64,000 bases of DNA from an uncultured bacterium (lineage in GTDB: Bacteria; Planctomycetota; UBA1135; GCA-002686595), in assembly GCA_943787795.1 (NCBI GenBank), contig CALSNU010000004.1, positions 512,001 through 576,000 of the forward strand, read 5' to 3'. The notes beneath the pieces are model-generated. The model searched no databases. It was not told the origin of the DNA and was given only the letters and a program-made list of their open reading frames with translations. This document shows positions 38,124 through 45,775 of the stretch, in pieces. The translations under genes and the position numbers were made by a program. Within the stretch, counting starts at the first letter, position 1; every line of letters begins with the position of its first letter.

Positions 38124-39692
38124 GTGATCGCCCGAGCGGCGAGGAGATCAAAGTTGACGACCGAAACAAGCCCAGCCCCCGCCTACCGCAACACGACCTG
38201 TGAGCAGGAGTCCTTCAGCGATGCGCTCTACCAGTGGATGGAGAGCGCCCCCTGGGTCGTGATCTCGGGAGCCCTCCACCTCTTGGCGCTCTTGATCCTG
38301 GCCGCGATCCCGTGGTCCATCTTCGAGCGACCTGAGGAGCAGATCATCTCGACTCATGTTGAGGCCGTTCCCGAGCCAGAGATCCTCGAGCCAGACGAGC
38401 CGGTTGAGGAGATCGAGCCCGAGCCGCTGACCGAGGTGGTCCCCGAGGTTGAGATTGATCAGCCCGTGGAGAGTGAGCTGTTCACCGAAGAGAACTCCAC
38501 GACTCCCGATGGCGACCCCACCCTCGACAGCGTCTCCCCCTTCGACAGCGTCAACCCGACCGCGATCGTCGGAATCGGGCCCGGCGCGCCTCCAGGGAGC
38601 GCTGGCCGGTTTGGCAACGGCGCCGGAGGACCCGGCCGTGCGCCCGGCGCCCGCTGCGTCACCCTCGCCCTCGACTGGCTCGCGGCTCACCAGGACGTTG
38701 ACGGCGGGTGGGATGCAGAGGGGTTCATGAAGCACGACCCCGCTGGAGACCGGACCGACGGAGCGGGATACGCGACCCACGACATCGGCGTCACCGGCCT
38801 CGCCCTGCTGGCGTTCCTTGGGAACGGGCACACCATGACCCGCGGCACCCACAAGGAGGTCGTCCGACGCGGCATCAAGTGGCTCGTCCGCCAGCAGGAT
38901 CGCGAGTCAGGGCTCTTCGGCGAGGAGATCGGACACGCCTTCCTCTACGACCACGCGATCGCGACCCTGGCCATGTGCGAGACGTACTACCTGGACAAGT
39001 CGACGGTGCTGAAGACCAAGGTGCAGCGGGCATTGAACTACGTCAGCCGGGCGCGCAACCCCTACGGAGTGTGGGGCTACTCGGTCCCACCGGACGGTAC
39101 GAACGACACCTCCGTCACGGGATGGATGGTCCTGGCCATGAAGTCGGCCGCCGACGCCGGCCTCCGAGTGGACCGCGAGGCCTTCACTGCCGCAGCGCAG
39201 TGGTTCGATGAGATGACCGACCCGGGGACCGGGCGAGTCGGCTACCGGGAGACCGGCTCGGCGAGCTCTCGCGTGAGGGGGATGAACGACGAGTATCCCG
39301 TGGAGAAGGGCGAGGCCCTGACCTCCGTGGCCCTGCTGTGTCGCTTCTTCCTCGGCCAGGACCCGGACGAGATGCCCGTGATGGAGCAGCACGCCGACCT
39401 GATCCTCGGCGCCCCCCCCCGTTGGGACCCCGAGGGCCTCGGCTGCGACATGTACCACTGGTACTACGGCTCCTACGCCATGTATCAGATGGGAGGCGAG
39501 CACTGGCGGCGCTGGCGCAAGGCCCTGGAGCCCGCGGTCATCGACTCCCAGCGCAGGGACGGCGCAGCGCGGGGCTCCTGGGACCCGATCGGGCCCTGGG
39601 GCGAGCCCGGCGGCCGCGTCTATTCGACGGCCACGATGGCGCTGTGCCTGGAAGCCTACTATCGGTACGGGCGCATCCTCGGCGGGAGGTGA
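38124..39692 (+). CDS. Membrane-anchored prenyltransferase-repeat protein, copy 2 (tandem paralogue)
   Basis: Same architecture and many identical blocks (TGLALLAFLG, FLYDH.IATLAMCE, WFDEMTDPGTGRVGY). Start uncertain (GTG 38124 or TTG 38154). Confidence 0.83.
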   Translation: MIARAARRSKLTTETSPAPAYRNTTCEQESFSDALYQWMESAPWVVISGALHLLALLILAAIPWSIFERPEEQIISTHVEAVPEPEILEPDEPVEEIEPEPLTEVVPEVEIDQPVESELFTEENSTTPDGDPTLDSVSPFDSVNPTAIVGIGPGAPPGSAGRFGNGAGGPGRAPGARCVTLALDWLAAHQDVDGGWDAEGFMKHDPAGDRTDGAGYATHDIGVTGLALLAFLGNGHTMTRGTHKEVVRRGIKWLVRQQDRESGLFGEEIGHAFLYDHAIATLAMCETYYLDKSTVLKTKVQRALNYVSRARNPYGVWGYSVPPDGTNDTSVTGWMVLAMKSAADAGLRVDREAFTAAAQWFDEMTDPGTGRVGYRETGSASSRVRGMNDEYPVEKGEALTSVALLCRFFLGQDPDEMPVMEQHADLILGAPPRWDPEGLGCDMYHWYYGSYAMYQMGGEHWRRWRKALEPAVIDSQRRDGAARGSWDPIGPWGEPGGRVYSTATMALCLEAYYRYGRILGGR

Positions 39693-39780
39693 AGGTCGGG
39701 GGCGGGCCCCAGGCCCGCTCCCACCCCGCGGGGGCCTCGTCTCCGCCGGGGCCCCTACGTCCCAGCGCCCCCGCCCGTCC

Positions 39781-39860
39781 CTGAGCCTCTGAGCCTCTGA
39801 GCCACTGAGCCTCTGAGCCTCTGAGCCCCTGCGTCTCTGATCCTCTGCGTCTCTGATCCT
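39781..39860. repeat. 8-bp tandem repeat, 10 copies (CTGAGCCT and variants)
   Basis: CTGAGCCT x2, CTGAGCCA, CTGAGCCT x2, CTGAGCCC, then (CTGCGTCT CTGATCCT) x2, followed by a G run. Confidence 0.9.
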
Positions 39861-40056
39861 GGGGGGGGGCGGTCGATCGTCTTCGATCCCTCGCCCCGGC
39901 TCGACCTGGACGAAACTCCCCGGCAGAACAGCCCGAGCACGGGGAGAATATGTCCGGGAATTAGGCGCCCACGAATCTGTCACCGAGACCTGCGACCATC
40001 GCCCTCAGGTGGTCCTCAAGTCGCTGTCAGCGGCCTATTTGTGGCGTCAGGACGGA

Positions 40057-40156
40057 CCACAATATTTGGGGTGCACCAGCCTGGGGCGGCCCATATACTG
40101 GGGTCATGACGCTTGCCCATCCGCTCTTCCTGCCGAATGACCACAAGATGTTGTGG
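40057..40156 (+). promoter_or_regulatory. NrdR boxes upstream of nrdAB
   Basis: CCACAATATTTGGGGT (40057), GGCCCATATACTGGGG (40088; 31 bp later, contains a TATACT -10-like hexamer) and CCACAAGATGTTGTGG (40141) fit the acaCwAtATaTwGtgt consensus. Confidence 0.8.
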
Positions 40157-40178
40157 TCAGGCGACCGAAGAGGTGGAC

Positions 40179-43061
40179 ATGTCCGACGTCACACCGATAG
40201 AACCCTCAGGGGGGACGAGGCAGCCCAATCTGCCCGGCTCGGGGACTCCCCCGGCCGACCGATCCCCCTACCCGGCTTCCGGCGGCCCTGTTCCATCCGA
40301 CCCCACGGGGTTCGGCTCTGTCCAGGGTCAGCAGGCAGGTCGAGGGGCTCAAGCTAGCCCCGACCTCCCGGCCGGATCGAGCTTCGAAGACGCCGCCATC
40401 CCGAGGGAACCGGCGTCCGAAACCTCCGGCCCTGCGAACGGCTCCAGCGCGCGAAGCCGACTGCAGAGCGACCTGACGGGTCGCGGACCCGGCGCGGGCC
40501 CCCAAGGGGGGACTCCGCCCACCGAGCCCCCGACCCGTCCGCCCGCTGGGGTCCCTTCCCCCCAAGCGCCAACCGCCTTTCCAGAGACCCTCTCCCCCCA
40601 GCTCGAAAGCATGGATCGCACCCACGCCGACGAATCAAACGCCGCCACTGTCGCCCTCCCCGAGTCCACCGCTGCCGCAAGCAGCGGCAACCCGCCGGCC
40701 AACGCCTCATCCGGGGCTGAAGCCCCTGGCATGCAGGTCAGCAAGCGCGACGGCAGCCTCGAACCCGTAGACCTGAACAAGATCGTCCGGGCCGTCAGCC
40801 GCTGCGCCGAGGGGCTCGCGGACGTCGACCCCATGCGCATCGCAACCCGCACCATCAGCGGGCTATACGACGGCGCCACCACCTCGGAATTGGACCGACT
40901 CTCGATCCAGACCGCGGCCTCCCTCACCGCCGAGGAGCCGACGTACAGCCGCCTGGCTGCCCGCCTGCTCGGCACGTACATCGACAAGGAGGTCCAGAAC
41001 CAGGAGATCTACTCCTTCAGCCAGTCCATCCGGCTCGGCCACGAGCTGGGGATCATCAACGATCAAACCGCAGAGTTCGTCGCGGCCAACGCCCGCAAGC
41101 TCAACGACACGATCGAGGCCGAGCGCGGCAACCTCTTCGAGTACTTCGGACTCCGGACGGTCTATGACCGGTACCTGTTGAAGCACCCGAGCAGCCGCCA
41201 CGTGCTCGAGACGCCGCAGTACTTCTTCATGCGCGTCGCCTGCGGGCTGGCGCAGTCACCGAGCGAGGCCCGGGACTTCTACCGGCTCATCTCGTCGCTG
41301 CGGTACCTCCCCAGCTCCCCCACGCTCTTCAACTCGGGAACGCTGCACCAGCAGCTCTCGTCTTGCTACCTGCTCGACTCGCCGCAGGACGACCTCGAGT
41401 CGATCTATGACCGCTACCAGGACATCGCGCGGCTCTCGAAGTTTGCGGGTGGCATCGGCGTTGCCTACCACCGCGTTCGCTCCCGTGGCTCCCTGATCTG
41501 CGGCACCAACGGTGAGAGCAACGGGATCGTCCCGTGGCTCAAGACCCTCGACAGCTCCGTGGCCGCCGTCAACCAGGGCGGCCGCCGCAAGGGCGCGGCG
41601 TGCGTGTACCTCGAGACCTGGCACGCTGACATCGAGGAGTTCCTTGAGCTGCGCGACAACACGGGTGACGAGGCCCGCCGCACCCACAACCTGAACCTTG
41701 CGAACTGGGTGTCTGACCTCTTCATGCGCCGCGTGGAGAGCGACGAGATGTGGTCGCTCTTCGACCCCAAGCGCCACCCGCTCCTGTGCGACACGCACGG
41801 CGAGGAGTTCGAGCGCATCTACCTCGACGCCGAGAAGAAGGGCGAGTTCGAGCGCCAGGTCAAGGCGCGAGACCTCTACTCGAGGATGATGCGCACCCTG
41901 GCGCAGACCGGGAACGGTTGGATGACCTTCAAGGACACGAGCAACCGGACCTGCAACCAGGCCAAGGTGGCGGGCAACATCGTCCACCTCTCCAACCTGT
42001 GCACGGAGATCCTCGAGATCACCTCCAAGGACGAGACGGCGGTCTGCAACCTCGGCTCGGTCAACCTCGGCAAGTTCGTGGCGACGGACGACGAGGGCGC
42101 CACGAGCTTCGACTTCGATGCCCTCAGCGAGGTGGTTCAGACCGCGGTCAAGTACCTCGACCGCGTCATCGACATCAACTTCTATCCCACCGACGAGGCC
42201 TCCGCTTCGAACAGCCGCTGGCGACCGGTCGGGCTCGGATGCATGGGGCTGCAGGACGTCCTGTTCAAGATGCGCCTGAACTTCGACTCCCCCGAGGCTC
42301 TCGAGCTGACGGCTCGGATTCAGGAGCACGTTTACCTGCACGCCGTCCGTACCTCCGCCCAGCTCGCGGAGGAGGTCGGAGCCCACGAGGCCTTCGACGA
42401 CACCTGGGCCGCCGACGGCAAGCTCCAGTTCGACCTCTGGGACGTGAAGCCGACGCTCACCGAGGAGTGGGCCGAGGTGAAGGCGCAGATCGCCAAGACC
42501 GGCCTGCGCAACAGCCTCATCATTGCGATCGCCCCCACGGCAACCATCGCGAGTATCGCCGGCTGCTACGAGTGCATCGAGCCCCAGGTCTCCAACCTGT
42601 TCAAGCGTGAGACCCTCTCCGGGGACTTCATGCAGATCAACAACTACCTGGTCTCCGACCTGAAGGAGCGCGGCCTGTGGAACGAGTCCATGCGCCAGCA
42701 GATCAAGCAGGCGGAGGGATCCATCCAGGGCATCGACTCGCTCCCGACAGAGCTCCGGGAGCTCTACCGCACCGCGTGGGAGCTGCCCCAGAAGGCCCTG
42801 GTCGACCTCGGCGCCGCGCGCGGCCCGTTCATCGATCAGAGCCAGTCCCTGAACCTCTTCATGGCCTCTCCCACCATCGGGAAGCTGTCCTCCATGTACC
42901 TGTACGCCTGGAAGCAAGGGCTGAAGACCACCTACTACCTCCGCTCACGCCCGGCGACCCGCATCCGCCAGACCCAGGCCTCCAACACCGCGGCCATCTC
43001 TGACGCAGACGCCGTGGCGTGCTCGCTGGAGAACCCGGAGTCCTGCGAGGCCTGCACGTGA
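40179..43061 (+). CDS. nrdA: Ribonucleoside-diphosphate reductase class I alpha subunit with ATP cone
   Basis: ATP cone (VSKRDGSLEP), SPTLFNSG, LSSCYL, SNLCTEI, VCNLGS, IAPTATI, GLKTTYYLR, C-terminal CEAC. GAGGTGG precedes ATG 40179; alternative start 40731. Confidence 0.96.
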   Translation: MSDVTPIEPSGGTRQPNLPGSGTPPADRSPYPASGGPVPSDPTGFGSVQGQQAGRGAQASPDLPAGSSFEDAAIPREPASETSGPANGSSARSRLQSDLTGRGPGAGPQGGTPPTEPPTRPPAGVPSPQAPTAFPETLSPQLESMDRTHADESNAATVALPESTAAASSGNPPANASSGAEAPGMQVSKRDGSLEPVDLNKIVRAVSRCAEGLADVDPMRIATRTISGLYDGATTSELDRLSIQTAASLTAEEPTYSRLAARLLGTYIDKEVQNQEIYSFSQSIRLGHELGIINDQTAEFVAANARKLNDTIEAERGNLFEYFGLRTVYDRYLLKHPSSRHVLETPQYFFMRVACGLAQSPSEARDFYRLISSLRYLPSSPTLFNSGTLHQQLSSCYLLDSPQDDLESIYDRYQDIARLSKFAGGIGVAYHRVRSRGSLICGTNGESNGIVPWLKTLDSSVAAVNQGGRRKGAACVYLETWHADIEEFLELRDNTGDEARRTHNLNLANWVSDLFMRRVESDEMWSLFDPKRHPLLCDTHGEEFERIYLDAEKKGEFERQVKARDLYSRMMRTLAQTGNGWMTFKDTSNRTCNQAKVAGNIVHLSNLCTEILEITSKDETAVCNLGSVNLGKFVATDDEGATSFDFDALSEVVQTAVKYLDRVIDINFYPTDEASASNSRWRPVGLGCMGLQDVLFKMRLNFDSPEALELTARIQEHVYLHAVRTSAQLAEEVGAHEAFDDTWAADGKLQFDLWDVKPTLTEEWAEVKAQIAKTGLRNSLIIAIAPTATIASIAGCYECIEPQVSNLFKRETLSGDFMQINNYLVSDLKERGLWNESMRQQIKQAEGSIQGIDSLPTELRELYRTAWELPQKALVDLGAARGPFIDQSQSLNLFMASPTIGKLSSMYLYAWKQGLKTTYYLRSRPATRIRQTQASNTAAISDADAVACSLENPESCEACT

Positions 43062-43142
43062 GCTCTCGCCGCCGGCGCCTCGCGCCGGCGGCCCCCCCCC
43101 GACCAACCGAACCGCACAACCCCAACCGCCCCTGCACCGCTC

Positions 43143-44141
43143 ATGATCCTCGACCCCGGATTCGACCTCACCCTCCGGCCGATGAAGTACCCGGTCTTCT
43201 TCGAGATGTACCGAGACGCCATCAAGAACACCTGGACCGTGGAAGAGGTGGACTTCTCCACGGACACGGTGGACCTGCAGAAGCGGCTGGACCCCGCCGA
43301 GCGGCACCTCGTGAACCGCCTCGTGGCCTTCTTCGCGACCGGCGACTCCATCGTCTCCAACAACCTTGTGCTCAGCCTCTACAAGCACATCAACGCCCCC
43401 GAGGCGCGGATGTACCTGTCGCGGCAGCTCTACGAGGAGGCGCTGCACGTGCAGTTCTATCTCACGCTGCTGGACACCTACATCCCCGACATCAAGGAGC
43501 GTGAGGAGGCCTTCGCGGCCATCCAGAACATCCCGTCGATCCAGCGCAAGGCCGAGTTCTGCTTCAAGTACATGGACTCGGTGGACACGCTGGAGGCCTG
43601 CGAGACCCGTGAGGACAAGCAGAAGTTCCTGCTGAACCTCATGTGCTTCGCCTGCTGCATCGAAGGCCTGTTCTTCTTCGCCGCCTTCGCCTACGTGTAC
43701 TTCCTGAGGAGCAAGGGTCTGCTCAACGGCCTCGCCTCGGGCACCAACTGGGTGTTCCGCGACGAGAGCTGCCACATGGCGTTCGCCTTCGAGGTGGTCA
43801 ACACGGTCCGCAAGGAGGACCCGACGCTCTTCGACGAGGATCTCCAGGCCCAGGTGATCGAGATGCTGAAGGAGGCGGTGGAGTGCGAGATGCAGTTCGC
43901 CGAGGACCTCCTCTCCGGCGGCGTCGCCGGCCTCTCCCAGTCGGACATGCGCAAGTACCTTGAGTTCGTCGCGGACCAGCGTCTGCAGAACCTCGGGATG
44001 CCCGCCTACTTCGGCTCCAAGAATCCCTTCAGCTTCATGGACCTCCAGGACGTCCAGGAGCTCTCGAACTTCTTCGAGCGGCGCGTCAGCGCCTACCAGG
44101 TCTCCGTCACGGGCGACGTCGCCTTCGACGAGGCCTTCTGA
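43143..44141 (+). CDS. nrdB: Ribonucleoside-diphosphate reductase class I beta subunit
   Basis: FFATGDSIV, EEALHVQFY (radical Tyr retained), IEGLFF, RDESCH, NFFERRVSAY. Confidence 0.96.
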   Translation: MILDPGFDLTLRPMKYPVFFEMYRDAIKNTWTVEEVDFSTDTVDLQKRLDPAERHLVNRLVAFFATGDSIVSNNLVLSLYKHINAPEARMYLSRQLYEEALHVQFYLTLLDTYIPDIKEREEAFAAIQNIPSIQRKAEFCFKYMDSVDTLEACETREDKQKFLLNLMCFACCIEGLFFFAAFAYVYFLRSKGLLNGLASGTNWVFRDESCHMAFAFEVVNTVRKEDPTLFDEDLQAQVIEMLKEAVECEMQFAEDLLSGGVAGLSQSDMRKYLEFVADQRLQNLGMPAYFGSKNPFSFMDLQDVQELSNFFERRVSAYQVSVTGDVAFDEAF

Positions 44142-44177
44142 TCGCCCCACGGGCATCCGCACCCCCCCATCACCGCA

Positions 44178-44213
44178 AGGCGGCCCGGGCTCCGACAGGA
44201 GCCCGGGCCGCCT
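44178..44213. terminator. Hairpin between convergent nrdB and M28 peptidase
   Basis: AGGCGGCCCGGGCTCC-GACA-GGAGCCCGGGCCGCCT, perfect 16-bp stem. Confidence 0.75.
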
Positions 44214-44256
44214 ACTTGGTGCATTGAACGTCCGCGCGCCGCAAGGGCGCGGGCGA

Positions 44257-45699
44257 TCAGAACTTCGGCTTGTCGATCTGGAGCGCCTCGAGCATGCGCA
44301 TCACCAGGCGGCAGATCCGCCGGACCTTGTCGTAGTCAATCTTGTCCGGAGTGTCCGTCGCCTTGTGGTAGTCCTCGTGGACGTCGCAGAAGAGGAAGGC
44401 CACCGGGATGTCGAGGTGCTTCTCGAAGTTGGCGTGGTCGGATCGCTCCCAGTAGGAGTCTGCGGAGCGCACCTTCTTGAAGCCCTCCTTCTTCATGTTG
44501 GCCTCGGCGACCTTGGTCAGGGCGCTGTAGGCCTCATGCTTGCTGGTCGGCGTGATCATGAACTCGTCAGGCGCGTTCCTGCCGATCATGTCGATGTTGA
44601 TGTTGCACAGCGGCTTCAGGTCTCCGGGGAGGTAGGGGTCCTTGGTCCAGGCCTCTGACCCCAAGAGCCCCTTCTCCTCCGCCGACACCCAGATCAGCAT
44701 CACGGAGCGGCGCATGGGCCCGTACTCCTTGAGCGCCTCGGCGATCGCGAGCAGGCCGCAGGTCCCCGAGCCGTTGTCGTCGGCGCCATTGTAGATATCG
44801 CCGTTGGCGCGGTACCCCACGTGGTCATAGTGAGCCGAGATGATGATCAACTCGTCCTTCAGCTTGGGGTCCGAGCCGGGCCAGATCCCGACGACGTTCT
44901 CGAGCTCCGCGTCATCGAGCCGGCCGTAGCCGCAGCTCTCGGTGATCTCGAGAGACAGCTTGCTGCCGAGCTTGCGGCTCTTGGGCATCATCCCGAGCAC
45001 GGCCTTGGCGGTGTCCTCGCTCAGGTGAAGGACCGGGAAGCCCTCACGGGTGGAGGCGTTGCGCGAGAGGCGCGGCGCCTTGACGTTGGCCAGGGTGCGG
45101 CCGAAGGTCTCCGCCACCGTCTTCTTCATCTTGCGCTCGTCCGGGAGGACGATCACGCCCAGCGCGCCACCCTCCTCGAGGGCGCGACGGCGCTTGATGG
45201 AGAGGCCGCGAGAGTTCGTCCCGACGACCCACTTACCGCGAGCCTTGAGCTTGTCGAGTGACTTGGAGTTCAGATCGGCGGCCCAGATCGCGTCGCCGGT
45301 CACCTCTCGCATCCCGAGCGCTGACTGCGGCATGAAGTATCCATCCCCCAGCGCAAGGCTCAGCTGCGAGCCGTCCTTGCCCTCGATGGCGAGGGAGGTC
45401 TTCTCCATGTCCATCCCGCTCTGGGGATAGGTCCAGTCGTACAGGTAGGACTCGTCCTGCGCGCCCGGCTGGAAGCCCAGGCGCATCAGCCGCGCGCGGA
45501 TGTAGCGCGCGGCGATCTTGAGCTGGGGTGACGGGGAGTCGCGCCCCTTCATCGCGTCGGAGGCGATGAAGTACAGGTCCGAGCGGATCTCATCCGCCGT
45601 GATGGTCTCGAGCGCGCGGTCAAGATCCGTCTCTTCGACGTCGCTCGCGGGAAGCGCCAGGGAGGCGCCGAGGATCAATGCAGATGCGATTAGCTTCAT
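44257..45699 (-). CDS. Secreted M28 family metallopeptidase
   Basis: Signal peptide from ATG 45699; SAHYDH, GADDNGSG, SAEEKGLLGS, NIDMIGR, RSDH, DYH..TD. Confidence 0.92.
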   Translation of the reverse strand: MKLIASALILGASLALPASDVEETDLDRALETITADEIRSDLYFIASDAMKGRDSPSPQLKIAARYIRARLMRLGFQPGAQDESYLYDWTYPQSGMDMEKTSLAIEGKDGSQLSLALGDGYFMPQSALGMREVTGDAIWAADLNSKSLDKLKARGKWVVGTNSRGLSIKRRRALEEGGALGVIVLPDERKMKKTVAETFGRTLANVKAPRLSRNASTREGFPVLHLSEDTAKAVLGMMPKSRKLGSKLSLEITESCGYGRLDDAELENVVGIWPGSDPKLKDELIIISAHYDHVGYRANGDIYNGADDNGSGTCGLLAIAEALKEYGPMRRSVMLIWVSAEEKGLLGSEAWTKDPYLPGDLKPLCNINIDMIGRNAPDEFMITPTSKHEAYSALTKVAEANMKKEGFKKVRSADSYWERSDHANFEKHLDIPVAFLFCDVHEDYHKATDTPDKIDYDKVRRICRLVMRMLEALQIDKPKF

Positions 45700-45775
45700 G
45701 GGAGGGTCCCTCCGGGACGCGGGGATCGTAGCCGCGCCGGGCCTCCGTGTGCTGTTCGCCTTGCGTACTCGACCC

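Noticed and set aside
36380..39692. Squalene-hopene cyclase or terpene biosynthetic cluster
   Set aside because: Single barrel with a TM anchor, no DxDD motif, and no isoprenoid pathway genes nearby.
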